Assembly (NCBI GenBank): GCA_012840225.1
Contig: DULU01000088.1
Location: forward strand, 6,895-70,894
Origin: Bacillota bacterium
GTDB lineage: Bacteria; Bacillota; Limnochordia; DTU080
Length of the DNA: 64,000 bases
Reading direction: 5' to 3'
Shown here: piece by piece, positions 27,870-38,191 of the stretch
Numbering within the stretch: the first letter of the stretch is position 1
How the letters are laid out: each line of letters starts with the position of its first letter
Translations under genes and position numbers: made by a program
The notes under the pieces: model-generated
Told to the model about the DNA's origin: nothing
Databases searched by the model: none
The model's input: only the letters and a program-made list of their open reading frames with translations

Positions 27870-28904
27870 ATGTCGATGGATGAAAAGCAAAAAGCATTGG
27901 AAATGGCCTTGTTGCAGATAGAGAAAGCCCATGGTAAGGGGTCGATCATGCGCCTCGGGGAGGCGGCACACACTAATGTCGACGTGATTCCCACCGGTGC
28001 GCTCACTTTGGATATCGCGTTGGGGGTGGGCGGTATCCCCCGCGGCCGGGTGATAGAAATCTACGGTCCGGAGTCATCCGGAAAGACCACCCTGGCCTCC
28101 CACATCATGGCCGAAGCGCAAAAGGCCGGCGGCATCGCCGCCATGATCGACGTCGAACATGCCCTGGATCCGATTTACGCCAAAAGGCTGGGGGTAGACA
28201 TCGAGAACCTCCTGATCTCCCAGCCGGACAACGCCGAAAGCGCCCTGGAAATCGCCGAGGCCTTGGTGAGGAGCAACGCCGTGGATTGCGTGGTGATCGA
28301 CTCGGTAGCCGCCCTGGTACCTCGGGCCGAGATAGAAGGGGAGATGGGCGATGCCCATGTGGGCTTGCAGGCCCGCCTGATGTCGCAGGCCTTGCGCAAG
28401 CTCACCGGGGCCATCAGCAAATCCAAAACGGCGGTCATCTTCACCAACCAACTGCGGGAGAAAGTCGGGGTGATGTTCGGCTCGCCGGAGACCACTCCCG
28501 GTGGACGGGCTTTGAAATTCTATGCTTCGATACGCATGGAAGTCCGCCGGGTGGAATCGCTGAAGCAAGGCAATGATGTGGTCGGCATCAGGGTGCGCGT
28601 CAAAGTGGTCAAAAACAAAGTGGCCCCGCCTTTCAGAGAAGCCGAATTCGACATCCTTTATAACCAGGGCGGCATATCCAACGAGGGTTGCATCCTGGAA
28701 GTGGCTTCCGCTCTGGATATCGTCCAGAAAAGCGGTGCCTGGTTCTCCTTCGGCGAGACCAGACTGGGTCAGGGAAGGGAAAACACCCGGGATTTCCTGA
28801 GGCAGAACCCGGAGTTGACCAGAGAAATCGAACGCCTGGTGCGCCAGCGCCTTGGTCTGCAGATGCCGGGCTACCGTAATCTGGAAGAAAAAGCCGGTGG
28901 CTGA
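27870..28904 (+). CDS. recA: Recombinase RecA
   Basis: Canonical RecA sequence ([12 protein letters not shown]1/L2 loops). SD GAAGGAAG. Confidence 0.95.
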   Translation: MSMDEKQKALEMALLQIEKAHGKGSIMRLGEAAHTNVDVIPTGALTLDIALGVGGIPRGRVIEIYGPESSGKTTLASHIMAEAQKAGGIAAMIDVEHALDPIYAKRLGVDIENLLISQPDNAESALEIAEALVRSNAVDCVVIDSVAALVPRAEIEGEMGDAHVGLQARLMSQALRKLTGAISKSKTAVIFTNQLREKVGVMFGSPETTPGGRALKFYASIRMEVRRVESLKQGNDVVGIRVRVKVVKNKVAPPFREAEFDILYNQGGISNEGCILEVASALDIVQKSGAWFSFGETRLGQGRENTRDFLRQNPELTREIERLVRQRLGLQMPGYRNLEEKAGG

Positions 28905-29716
28905 TGCCGATGACCGAGAATAACAGGGCAATTACCGTGTCGGCCGTTAAAAAAGCCCGGCGCTGGCCCGGCTCCTATCAGGTCAGCCTGTCGGAGGGCA
29001 AAGCTTTTATCTGCCCCGACGAGGTGTTGGTGCGCTGGCAGCTCTCCACAGGGAAGGAGATCGGCGCCGGGCTCTTGCCGCAGCTTTTGGTGGAAGCGGC
29101 CGCCGTTTTGGCCAAGCATGAGGCGGCGCGCCTATTGGCTCGGGGCGAGAAGTCCGGCGCCGAACTTTTGTCGGCTTTGATCAGAAAAGGCATCGAGGCG
29201 ACAGCGGCCCGGGAAGCCGTCCAATATATGGTCAAAATGGGATATATTAATGATGAGGTCTACGCCCGCAACTTGGTCGCCCGCCTGAAACAGCGCTCCG
29301 GCTTCGGAGCCGCCGCCGTTTATGAACAGCTGCTCAGGAAAGGCGTGGAACGTACCCTGGCCAAAGAAGCGGTGGAGCGCGGCTTTACAGAAGAGGACGA
29401 GCGGCGCATCGCCTGGCAGATGGTCAAAAAGCGCCTGCGGCAGAGCCGCCGCTCGCACTCCAATCAGGAGCAGCTCTCGAGCCGGGAGCAGCTCTCGGGC
29501 CGGGAGCTGCAGCAGTTGGCCGCCTATCTTTACCGGCGCGGTATGGAGAGCGCCACCATCGAATGGTGCCTGGAGCGCCTAAAAAAAGAGGAGACGGATG
29601 CTTTCAGCGCCGGTCCGGATGACGACGACATCTACGGCCACGGCAACGGCAACGGCGCCGACCTGGGCGACGACGGTGACGGCAGGTACATTGACAGTGG
29701 TACTCAAGATAGATAG
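28904..29716 (+). CDS. recX: Regulatory protein RecX with Asp/Gly/Asn-rich C-terminal tail
   Basis: Start ATG overlaps the recA TGA (TGATG). RecX three-helix repeat region. Tail DDDDIYGHGNGNGADLGDDGDG is low complexity. Confidence 0.75.
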   Translation: MPMTENNRAITVSAVKKARRWPGSYQVSLSEGKAFICPDEVLVRWQLSTGKEIGAGLLPQLLVEAAAVLAKHEAARLLARGEKSGAELLSALIRKGIEATAAREAVQYMVKMGYINDEVYARNLVARLKQRSGFGAAAVYEQLLRKGVERTLAKEAVERGFTEEDERRIAWQMVKKRLRQSRRSHSNQEQLSSREQLSGRELQQLAAYLYRRGMESATIEWCLERLKKEETDAFSAGPDDDDIYGHGNGNGADLGDDGDGRYIDSGTQDR

Positions 29717-29927
29717 AATTAATGAAGGGTAAATAGCCCTCGCGGCGGTGCGGTCCCGGTGGTTTGTTCCCGATGGTGCGCCGGTAGATAGTGGTTCCCA
29801 TCCGGGTTTGCATATATGATTTAAATATGTGGTCATGAAAAGACCGAGTAAGTAAAATGCTCGGTCTTCCTCTTAATCACAAGCACACAGATCACCCTCT
29901 GGCCCGATACTGACCGCAATCATACGC

Positions 29928-31508
29928 ATGCAAAGAATCACTGTTACAGGTCGTAAAAAGAAGGGGGTGAATTCTATTACTACCATCATCACATCCATTT
30001 TGACGGCAATTATTGCGCTGGCGGCCGGTTATTACCTGCGCCGCATTGTAGCTGAAGCCAAGCTGGAATCTGCCGAAGCAGAAGCTCAGCGCATCGTGAG
30101 ATCCGCCACCCAGGAAGCAGAAGCCAAAAAGCGCGAAGCATTGTTGGAAGCGAAAGATGAAATCCACAAAATGCGGATGGAGAGCGAGAAAGACCTCCGG
30201 GACCGGAGGAGCGAGCTCCACCAGATGGAACGCCGCATTTTGCATAAAGAAGAAGTTCTGGACAAAAAGCTGGAACAGGTCGAGCAGCGGGAAGCCGCGC
30301 TCGAGAAGAAAAGGAAAGAAGCCGAAATCGCCGAACAGCGGATTCTGGAGATGAGCGAGCGTTGGCAAAGCGAATTGGAGCGTTTGGCGGGCATGTCCCG
30401 CGAGGAAGCCAGGAATTTCCTTTTGAAGCGCACGGAGGATGAATTGCGGCACGAGATGGCCATGAAGATCAAGGAGATCGAGACGGAGGCCAAGGAGGAA
30501 GCGGATAAAAGAGCACGTAAAATCGTGTCCATGGCCATTCAGAGATGTGCGGCCGATCATGTGGCCGAAACCACCGTATCGGTGGTAAATTTGCCCAACG
30601 ACGACATGAAAGGGCGCATCATCGGCCGGGAAGGCCGCAATATACGGACGCTGGAAACTCTGACCGGCATCGATCTGATCATCGACGATACTCCCGAAGC
30701 CGTGATCCTCTCCGGTTTCGATCCGATCCGCAGGGAGATGGCCCGCATTGCCCTGGAGAAGCTCGTGGCCGACGGGCGCATCCATCCGGCCCGCATCGAG
30801 GAGATGGTGGAAAAGGCTCAGAAAGAAGTGGAGCAAGCCATTCGCGAAGCCGGTGAGCAAGCCACTTTTGAAACCGGCGTGCACGGCCTGCACCAGGAAC
30901 TGGTAAAGCTCTTGGGGCGCCTGCGCTATCGCACCAGCTACGGCCAGAACGTGCTCAAACACAGCATAGAGGTAAGCCACCTGGCCGGCATTATGGCCGC
31001 CGAATTGGGGTGCGACGTGCAGCTGGCCAAAAGGGCCGGTCTGTTGCACGACATCGGCAAAGCGGTGGACCATGAAGTCGAAGGATCGCACCTGGAGATC
31101 GGCCGGGAGATCCTGCGCAAATACCGGGAGTCCCGCGACGTGATCCATGCCATGGAGTGCCATCACGGCGATTATGAACCGCAGTCGATCGAAGCGGTGC
31201 TGGTCACGGCGGCCGACAGCGTGTCGGCGGCCCGACCCGGAGCCCGCAGAGAAACACTGGAAAACTATATCAGACGCCTGGAGAAGCTGGAAGCCATTGC
31301 CGACTCCTTTGAGGGCGTCGATAAATCATATGCTATTCAAGCTGGCCGGGAGATCCGCATCATCGTGAAGCCCGACCGCATCGACGACGCCACTGCCGTA
31401 AAGGTGGCGCGCGATATAGTCAAGAAGATTGAAGCGGAACTGGAATACCCCGGACAGATCAAGGTCACGGTGATCCGGGAGACCAGGGCTGTGGAATATG
31501 CCCGCTGA
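29928..31508 (+). CDS. rny: Ribonuclease Y
   Basis: N-terminal TM, coiled-coil, KH (GREGRNIR) and HD domains (LHDIGK). Start choice ATG 29928 versus GTG about 29967 is uncertain. Confidence 0.9.
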   Translation: MQRITVTGRKKKGVNSITTIITSILTAIIALAAGYYLRRIVAEAKLESAEAEAQRIVRSATQEAEAKKREALLEAKDEIHKMRMESEKDLRDRRSELHQMERRILHKEEVLDKKLEQVEQREAALEKKRKEAEIAEQRILEMSERWQSELERLAGMSREEARNFLLKRTEDELRHEMAMKIKEIETEAKEEADKRARKIVSMAIQRCAADHVAETTVSVVNLPNDDMKGRIIGREGRNIRTLETLTGIDLIIDDTPEAVILSGFDPIRREMARIALEKLVADGRIHPARIEEMVEKAQKEVEQAIREAGEQATFETGVHGLHQELVKLLGRLRYRTSYGQNVLKHSIEVSHLAGIMAAELGCDVQLAKRAGLLHDIGKAVDHEVEGSHLEIGREILRKYRESRDVIHAMECHHGDYEPQSIEAVLVTAADSVSAARPGARRETLENYIRRLEKLEAIADSFEGVDKSYAIQAGREIRIIVKPDRIDDATAVKVARDIVKKIEAELEYPGQIKVTVIRETRAVEYAR

Positions 31509-31640
31509 CTATGGCATCCTTATTTAGCGGAGATTCTTTTCCAAAGGGTCTCCGCTATTTAAATAATAGCCAATACACTTAAGGCAGCAGGATTCGCGGG
31601 ACCGGTCTAGAAGAGTCGGTCATGGTTATCCTGCAATGAG

Positions 31641-32204
31641 GTGACGCTCTTGCCAATTGTCAGATATCAACCCACAATGCAAGGTGAAGGTTTATCCCAG
31701 CAAGCGTCGCTTTTGGTATCGATATTGCTGCATTATCCGGAGTTGGCTTCAGTCAGGTTCGGACCCGTGGACGGGCAGATACTCTTCTCCTTCATGCTGA
31801 AGGAAGTCTGCCAGGAGGCGGAACTGGAGGCCTTCCGCCGGGATCTGCGGCAACACCTCGAGGCCTTCATGGAGATCACCGGCCGGAAAGCCAAAGTGTG
31901 CAAAGTGAGAAAGGTCCAGCACGACCGGCATACCTTGATCGAAGTGATCAGAGATGTGGCCACCCTGTCCCAACAGGAATTGTCTCTCCTGCTCAACCTG
32001 GTTCGCTCGCGGTTCGCCTCGCAATTGATGGTGGAAGGGGGGGATTTGTGGTCTGAGGAAGACGCAACGGCGCAAGAAGAACTGATCGATGAGATGCTGG
32101 AAGATGTGCGTATCCTTGCCAGGCGGAGAGAATTGGTCGGTTACAGAGACGACGGACGAGTGATGGTATTCAACCGCCATTCTGTTGAAGCCCGCAAGAA
32201 TTGA
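31641..32204 (+). CDS. Hypothetical protein (no recognised domain) between rny and spoVS
   Basis: ORF-track GTG start with GAGGTG SD-like upstream. Occupies the slot where ymdB lies in Bacillus, but it is not a calcineurin-like phosphoesterase. Confidence 0.45.
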   Translation: MTLLPIVRYQPTMQGEGLSQQASLLVSILLHYPELASVRFGPVDGQILFSFMLKEVCQEAELEAFRRDLRQHLEAFMEITGRKAKVCKVRKVQHDRHTLIEVIRDVATLSQQELSLLLNLVRSRFASQLMVEGGDLWSEEDATAQEELIDEMLEDVRILARRRELVGYRDDGRVMVFNRHSVEARKN

Positions 32205-32262
32205 CGCCGAACACTACGTTGTCTTCACAAATAAATTCTCACTCAAGGAGGTAAGCCACAGC

Positions 32263-32523
32263 ATGGAAGTCCTAAAGGTTTCTGCAAAATCCAATCCTAA
32301 TTCTGTAGCCGGTGCCATGGCCGGAGTCATCAGGGAGCACGGAAGTGCCGAAGTCCAGGCTATCGGTGCCGGGGCCATCAATCAGGCTGTAAAAGCGGTG
32401 GCTATCGCCCGCGGGTTTGTCGCTCCTTCGGGGGTGGATTTAATCTGCATCCCGGCTTTTACTGACGTAGAGATTGACGGCGAAGAGCGCACGGCGATAA
32501 AATTTATCGTCGAACCAAGATAG
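32263..32523 (+). CDS. spoVS: Stage V sporulation protein S
   Basis: MEVLKVSAKSNPNSVAGA... matches the highly conserved 86-aa SpoVS. AAGGAGG SD at 32245-32252. Confidence 0.9.
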   Translation: MEVLKVSAKSNPNSVAGAMAGVIREHGSAEVQAIGAGAINQAVKAVAIARGFVAPSGVDLICIPAFTDVEIDGEERTAIKFIVEPR

Positions 32524-32688
32524 CGTGCCACCTACAGCACAAACACCTCCGTCAGCCTGTGCGGCAGTCGTCCGCAAAGGCAGAGGCATCGTCTGCCCTC
32601 CTGCAAGCGAAAGCGTATATGCCCTATCGGCAGGAGGGTATATTATTGCTGTCGGTCAGGAGCCGGCGATCAACGGAGGTGAATAGCT

Positions 32689-33021
32689 TTGGACTGGTTG
32701 GGTGCAGTGGTGCGCTTCGTGGTTTCGGCTATAGTATTGCTCGTGGTAGGCTTCATCGTGCCGGGTTTTCAAATGATCGGCTTCTGGAATGCCTTGCTGG
32801 CCGCACTGGTGATTGCGGCGCTGGGTTGGGTGATTGAAGCTACTTTTGGGAAGAGCGTATCGCCGTATAACCGCGGGCTGGTCGGTTTTTTGGTTTCAGC
32901 TATTGTCATCTGGGCGACGCAGTTCGTCGTGCCGGGCATGCAGGTAGGCATATTGGGTGCCCTCCTGGCGGCTTTCATCATCGGGGTGATCGATCTGTTT
33001 GTCCCGACCGCAGTGCGCTAG
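32689..33021 (+). CDS. Phage_holin_4_2-family small membrane protein (YvlD-like)
   Basis: 110 aa with 4 TM helices. GGAGGTG SD then TTG start. Family assigned by memory of the conserved small protein upstream of scpA. Confidence 0.55.
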   Translation: MDWLGAVVRFVVSAIVLLVVGFIVPGFQMIGFWNALLAALVIAALGWVIEATFGKSVSPYNRGLVGFLVSAIVIWATQFVVPGMQVGILGALLAAFIIGVIDLFVPTAVR

Positions 33022-33137
33022 AGAGCCATGATGCCGGGCGAGGCAAAGGTGGATGAAAGCCGGCGGCGGGCGTGATTCACGTCCGCCTTTTTTACTTTTT
33101 ACCCCGGATTTTTCAAGGGAGAAGACAGGCGGCAACT

Positions 33138-33935
33138 ATGGCATATCAGATTCACCTCCCGATATTCGAAGGTCCTTTCGATCTACTTTTTCACCTGATC
33201 AAGCAGCAGAAAATCGATCTGAAAGAGATTCCGATTGCCGAGATCACCGAGCAATACCTCAATTACCTGACCGCCCTGGAAGAAATCGATCTGGATATGG
33301 CCGGCGAATTTTTGGTGATGGCCGCCACCTTGCTCTCCATAAAGGTGAGGATGCTCCTGCCGGAGCCGGCGGCGGCGGATGAGACGGAGGAAGAGCCGGT
33401 CGATCCTCAACAGTTGCTGATAGCCAGGTTGTTGGAGTATAACAGATATAAAGAAGCTGCCGCGGAGCTTGATCGTTTAAGCCGGGGCCGGGAGAAGCTC
33501 TTTCCCAGGGGAGCAGTGATTCCTTTAAGCAGCCTGGGCTGCCGCTATACCCGGCCGGTGGGCGATCTGACGGTCCGGGATCTGAAGGCAGCCATGGAAT
33601 CCTTGTCGGCGGTTGCAGAGCCACCTGATCTCACCCCCATCATTCCTGAGGTGCGGGTGACGGTCAGGGAGCGGCTGGAGGAGTTGCACCACTTGCTGAA
33701 AAATCAGGTGCGGCTCGCCTTTCAGAGCCTGCCGCCCTCTTTGCTGCAGCGGAGCGAAATAGTGGTGACTTTCCTGGCTATGCTGGAATTGATACGTTTG
33801 GGGTTATGCCTGGTGAAGCAGGAGGAACCGTTCGGCCTCATAGAACTTATGCCGGCCCCCGCCGGGGGATGGGAAACCGGAAGCCTGGAAACTGAGGCTT
33901 GGGAGAAAGGAGAGCCTTCCGGTGCAGGAGCCTGA
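33138..33935 (+). CDS. scpA: Segregation and condensation protein A
   Basis: N-terminus MAYQIHLPIFEGPFDLLFHLIKQQKIDLKEIPIAEITEQYL is the ScpA signature. ATG at 33138. Confidence 0.9.
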   Translation: MAYQIHLPIFEGPFDLLFHLIKQQKIDLKEIPIAEITEQYLNYLTALEEIDLDMAGEFLVMAATLLSIKVRMLLPEPAAADETEEEPVDPQQLLIARLLEYNRYKEAAAELDRLSRGREKLFPRGAVIPLSSLGCRYTRPVGDLTVRDLKAAMESLSAVAEPPDLTPIIPEVRVTVRERLEELHHLLKNQVRLAFQSLPPSLLQRSEIVVTFLAMLELIRLGLCLVKQEEPFGLIELMPAPAGGWETGSLETEAWEKGEPSGAGA

Positions 33936-34455
33936 GAGCGCTGATCTTCACGCCAAACTGGAAGCGCTGCTCTTTGCGGTGAGCGAGCCTGTCCCTTTTG
34001 AAGCCCTGGCAGAGGTGTTGGGAGTGCCGCTTGAGGTGATCCACTCCACCCTGAAAGAGCTGGCGCTGGAGTACGAGCGTCCGGAGAGAGGTTTCCTGCT
34101 CGACCAGGTAGCCGGCGGGGTGAGGCTCGTGACGAAGCCGCAGTATGCCGGGCTGGTGGAGCAGCTTTTACGCCCCTTGCGCACCACGGGCCTCACGGTG
34201 GCCGCTCTGGAGACCCTGGCCATAGTGGCCTATAAACAACCGGTGACCAGAGCCGAAATCGAAGCGGTGCGGGGCGTGAAGGCCGATTCGGCCCTGGCCA
34301 CCTTGCTGGAGCGCCGCCTGGTGGCGGAAGCCGGCCGCAAAGATGCGCCCGGACGGCCGATACTTTATGTCACCACCCAGGAGTTTCTGACCGCTTTCGG
34401 CTTAAACAGCCTGGCGGATTTACCGCCGCTGGCCGAACCGTCGACCAAGAACTAA
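33922..34455 (+). CDS. scpB: Segregation and condensation protein B
   Basis: EALLFAVSEPV..., two winged-helix repeats. Overlaps the scpA end. Confidence 0.85.
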   Translation: MQEPESADLHAKLEALLFAVSEPVPFEALAEVLGVPLEVIHSTLKELALEYERPERGFLLDQVAGGVRLVTKPQYAGLVEQLLRPLRTTGLTVAALETLAIVAYKQPVTRAEIEAVRGVKADSALATLLERRLVAEAGRKDAPGRPILYVTTQEFLTAFGLNSLADLPPLAEPSTKN

Positions 34456-34479
34456 AACCTATACGAACTATGAATTAAT

Positions 34480-35202
34480 ATGAGCCATCGCCGGGGGCAT
34501 CCTATGCAAGGGGAGGGCCTCCGCATGCCGAGCGGTTCACCGGCTTTGCTGCTTATCTTTTTGATACTCATCATCGCGGCTTTTTGCCTGATCCCCATCG
34601 GCTTGGGTTTTGTCTTAATATATAAAACCGGTGCGGCGCCGCGACTTTTTGTGATCTTCACCGTTAAACACTTATTCTACCGGCGCATTGCCGCCACTCC
34701 GGCTAGGTTGGCCGCCCGGGTCACCCTGGAGGAGTTGGCCGAGGAGAAGCGCATCGGCGAATCGACCCTGCATAAAATCCTGGCTCTGGTCGATCTGCTT
34801 CAGGTGTATCTATTAGGTCACAGCCCTGCCGACCGCAAAGGCCGGGCCCTTGGCTCGCCGGTGCTGCATCTCTTTGTAGGCCCGTTCGTCATGTTCAGCC
34901 GACATTTCTGCCGGCTCGAATTCTCCTGGCGCACGGTGTTCGGCACAGGGGATCCGGCCACCACCGCCACCGTTTCCGGACTCCTTTGGGCGCTCAAATC
35001 CAGCCTGGCTCACCGCCTGGCCCAAAGATACCGTTATATCTCTCCGCCCGTCCTGGCCGTCCGCCCCGAGTTTCGCGCCGCGGGGATTGCCACCGAGGTC
35101 AAGTGCATATTTCACCTATCTCCAGGTCAGATTATGTGGCGAAAGGTGCAGTTTGCCGCTCGGCGCTGGCAGGGGAAAGGGGCCGGTAATTATGGAAAAT
35201 AA
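34480..35202 (+). CDS. YtfI-like membrane protein (DUF2953)
   Basis: Membrane N-terminus. Immediately upstream of and overlapping ytfJ, mirroring the Bacillus ytfI-ytfJ pair. Family assigned by synteny and memory. Confidence 0.5.
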   Translation: MSHRRGHPMQGEGLRMPSGSPALLLIFLILIIAAFCLIPIGLGFVLIYKTGAAPRLFVIFTVKHLFYRRIAATPARLAARVTLEELAEEKRIGESTLHKILALVDLLQVYLLGHSPADRKGRALGSPVLHLFVGPFVMFSRHFCRLEFSWRTVFGTGDPATTATVSGLLWALKSSLAHRLAQRYRYISPPVLAVRPEFRAAGIATEVKCIFHLSPGQIMWRKVQFAARRWQGKGAGNYGK

Positions 35203-35599
35203 ACATCCGATTGAAGGTCTGATGCAGACGGCGATGGAGAGCATCAAAGCGATGGTGGATGTGAACACCATCCTGGGCGATCCGGTGGAAACACCGGACG
35301 GCAGCGTCGTCATTCCTGTTTCCCGGATCAGCCTCGGCTTTGCTGCAGGTGGTTCCGAATACGAAGCCGAAGCGAAAAAGGAGGCGAATCAGTTTCCTTT
35401 CGGCGGGGGCACAGGTGCCGGCATCTCGGTCAACCCTGTGGCCTTCCTGGTGGTCGGCCAGGGGCAGATCAGGCTTCTGCCGGTGGACGGCAATGCCGTG
35501 CTGGAGCGCTTGCTGGATATGGCGCCCCGCCTTATCGATCAACTGCAGGGCATGGTGAAGACGGGGCAAAACGGTTTTATCCCCGACGCCCAGATATAA
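35192..35599 (+). CDS. ytfJ: Sporulation protein YtfJ (GerW family)
   Basis: GDPVETPDGSVVIPVSRISLGFAAGGSEYE...FGGGTGAGISVNPVAFLVVGQG matches the YtfJ/GerW family. Confidence 0.8.
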   Translation: MENKHPIEGLMQTAMESIKAMVDVNTILGDPVETPDGSVVIPVSRISLGFAAGGSEYEAEAKKEANQFPFGGGTGAGISVNPVAFLVVGQGQIRLLPVDGNAVLERLLDMAPRLIDQLQGMVKTGQNGFIPDAQI

Positions 35600-35804
35600 A
35601 GGGCATCACCTATAAACGCCGAGCATTTATGCACCGAGAAAAAGCATAAGCCCGGCGCATAAATTGTGCGCCGGCGGCAGGACACCCGGAGCGGCCGCTC
35701 GAATCTGAAGCGGCAGAAGTCCCGGCTTTCGCAGATGAAGACCTTCGGCCAGGCCGGTGGTCTTTTTCGTTCTGTATATGGTAAACGAGGGGGAAGGATG
35801 CCAG

Positions 35805-36551
35805 ATGGCCGGGGTAAGGCTGCAGAAATACCTGGCGGATTGCGGTGTGGCCTCCCGCCGCCAAGCCGAGCAGATGATCAGAGACGGGCGGGTAAGCGTC
35901 AACGGTCGCCGCGTCGAGCAGTTGGGAGTCAAAGTGTATCCTGAGTTGGACCGGGTGGCGGTGGACGGCATACCCGTGACGGCCGCGCAGAAAAAGGTGT
36001 ATTATATGGTCAACAAACCCCCCGGCTACCTCAGCACGGCGCGGGATGAGCGGGGGCGCAAGACCGTGATGGATCTTTTGCCGGCCTGGCGGAAGGAACG
36101 CCTCTATCCGGTCGGCCGCCTGGATCTGTGGTCAGAAGGGCTGATGCTGCTGACCAATGACGGCCGTCTGGCCCTCAAGCTCCAGCATCCCCGCTACGGG
36201 GTGGAGAAGACCTACCTGGTGACGGTGGCAGGGGAGCCTTCGCCGGCTCTTCTGGCGCAGATGGAGAAGGGCATGATTTTGGAGGACGGCCCGACCTTGC
36301 CGGCGCGCATCACCGTGATCCATAGAGGGGAAGAGACTGCGGAACTAGAATTCGTCCTGAAAGAAGGGCGGAAAAGGCAGATCAGAAGGATGTGTGCCGC
36401 CGCCGGCTATCCGGTGCGCCGGCTCAGGCGGATCGCCATCGGTCCGCTAAAGCTGGGAGAGCTCCAACCGGGAGGTGTCCGCCGGCTGCGGCCGAACGAG
36501 GTGGCCGCCCTTTATGCCGCAGCAGGTGAAGAGCCGGATGTCACGAATTAA
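35805..36551 (+). CDS. rluB: rRNA pseudouridine synthase RluB/RsuA family
   Basis: S4 domain (RLQKYLADCGVASRRQAEQMIRDGRVSVNG) plus catalytic RLD motif (VGRLDLWSEGLMLLTNDG). Confidence 0.85.
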   Translation: MAGVRLQKYLADCGVASRRQAEQMIRDGRVSVNGRRVEQLGVKVYPELDRVAVDGIPVTAAQKKVYYMVNKPPGYLSTARDERGRKTVMDLLPAWRKERLYPVGRLDLWSEGLMLLTNDGRLALKLQHPRYGVEKTYLVTVAGEPSPALLAQMEKGMILEDGPTLPARITVIHRGEETAELEFVLKEGRKRQIRRMCAAAGYPVRRLRRIAIGPLKLGELQPGGVRRLRPNEVAALYAAAGEEPDVTN

Positions 36552-36584
36552 CATTTCAACCATAACCAGACCAGGAGAGATAGC

Positions 36585-38168
36585 ATGAGTGAGCAATTCC
36601 GGCCGCCGGCGATGACCAGAGCCATCCGCGGCGCCACCACCGTCGCAAATAATGATGCCGAAGACATTGTCTCAGGTACGGCCGAGTTGGTGACGGAGAT
36701 CATGAGGGCCAACCGCCTGCGCCCTGAAGACATGGTGAGCGTCATCTTTACCGTCACCCCGGATCTGAACGCCGCTTTTCCGGCCGTGGGAGCCAGGCGG
36801 GTGGGTCTATCGGGGGTGCCGCTGATCTGCACCACCGAAATCCCCGTACCCGGCAGTCTCCAGAAGTGTATCCGCTGCCTGATGCATATCAACACCACCA
36901 TGCCGGCGGCGGAGATCAGGCATATATACCTCCACGGCGCCCGCGTCCTCCGTCCCGATCTGGTCTCCCGGTCGAACGAGGCCGCAGAGAGCGGCACCTC
37001 CACCGGCTCCACCGCCTCCGCCGCCTTCACCGCTTCCGCTGCTTCCGCCGGCTCCGCCTCCCTTCCGCCCTTTTCTTCCCTCCCTTACCGGGCGACCATC
37101 GAGCGCATCACGCCCTATGTGCCGGGCAAAGCCATAGCTGAGGTACAGAAAGAGCTGGGGCTGACCGACGTGATTAAGCTCGCCTCCAACGAAAACCCCC
37201 TCGGACCGTCCCCGGCGGCGGTTAAGGCGGTGGTGGAGGCGGCCACCACGCTGCACAGGTATCCCGACGGCGGGGCCGTCGCCCTGCGGGAGGCACTCTC
37301 CCGGCAGTACCGGCTTTCCCCGGATTGCGTCTTCGCCGGCAACGGCTCGGACGAAATCATCAAGCTGCTGGCAGAGGCCATGCTGAACCCCGGCGAGGAA
37401 GTGATCATGGCCGACGTCACTTTCAGCGAATATGCCTATGCGGCGCGTCTGATGGGAGCGGAGGAAGTGGTGGTGCCGCTGCGGGCGGGGACCTTCGACC
37501 TGGAAGCCATGGCCGAGAGGGTCACCCCGAAGACCCGGCTCATCTTTGTCTGCAACCCCAACAACCCCACCGGCACCTATGTCGGCCGTGAAGCGGTAGA
37601 GCGCTTTCTGGACCGGCTGCCGGCGCATGCATTGCCGGTATTCGACGAGGCCTATGCCGAATACAGCACCGCCGCCGACTTCCCTGATATTCCGGCTTTA
37701 ATCCGGGAAGGACGCCGGCTGGTCAGCCTGCGCACGTTTTCCAAGATATACGGCTTGGCCGGCTTGCGGGTGGGTTATGCCTTGGCCTGCCCCGAAGTGA
37801 TCGCCCTGCTGAACCGGGTGAAAGAGCCGTTCAATGTCAACTCGGCCGCCCAGGCGGCAGCGCTGGCCGCTCTCTCCGACAGCGCACACGTGCAGAGATC
37901 CATAAAGGTCAATGAAGACGGCAAACGACAGTTATACCAGGGGCTTGATCGCCTGAAGCTGCCATATTATCCCACCCAGGCCAATTTCGTCTGCGTGGAT
38001 GTGGGGCGGCCCTGTCGGCCGGTATATGAGCGCATGCTGCGTGAGGGAGTCATCGTGCGGACCCTGGACGGGTTTGGGCTGCCCCAGGCCTTGCGCATCA
38101 CCATCGGTACCAGAGAAGACAACGAGCGCTGCCTCCTGGCTTTGGCCCGCGCTCTCACCGCCAGGTAA
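36585..38168 (+). CDS. Fusion protein: AroH-class chorismate mutase (N-terminal) joined by an Ala/Ser/Thr-rich linker to histidinol-phosphate/aromatic aminotransferase (HisC-like)
   Basis: N-terminal 120 aa align to monofunctional AroH (IRGATTV, TPDL, RHIYL, VLRPD). Residues after about 175 carry HisC motifs ([15 protein letters not shown]-lysine [14 protein letters not shown]). Linker at 36960-37090 is encoded by repetitive DNA. Confidence 0.7.
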   Translation: MSEQFRPPAMTRAIRGATTVANNDAEDIVSGTAELVTEIMRANRLRPEDMVSVIFTVTPDLNAAFPAVGARRVGLSGVPLICTTEIPVPGSLQKCIRCLMHINTTMPAAEIRHIYLHGARVLRPDLVSRSNEAAESGTSTGSTASAAFTASAASAGSASLPPFSSLPYRATIERITPYVPGKAIAEVQKELGLTDVIKLASNENPLGPSPAAVKAVVEAATTLHRYPDGGAVALREALSRQYRLSPDCVFAGNGSDEIIKLLAEAMLNPGEEVIMADVTFSEYAYAARLMGAEEVVVPLRAGTFDLEAMAERVTPKTRLIFVCNPNNPTGTYVGREAVERFLDRLPAHALPVFDEAYAEYSTAADFPDIPALIREGRRLVSLRTFSKIYGLAGLRVGYALACPEVIALLNRVKEPFNVNSAAQAAALAALSDSAHVQRSIKVNEDGKRQLYQGLDRLKLPYYPTQANFVCVDVGRPCRPVYERMLREGVIVRTLDGFGLPQALRITIGTREDNERCLLALARALTAR

Positions 38169-38191
38169 GCCATGTAAAGAGAGGTACGATC

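Noticed and set aside
32689-33021. Phage holin-family gene as evidence of a prophage
   Set aside because: It is a single small membrane-protein gene in the conserved position upstream of scpA-scpB. No lysin, integrase, capsid or terminase genes are nearby, so it is treated as the chromosomal YvlD-like family member.
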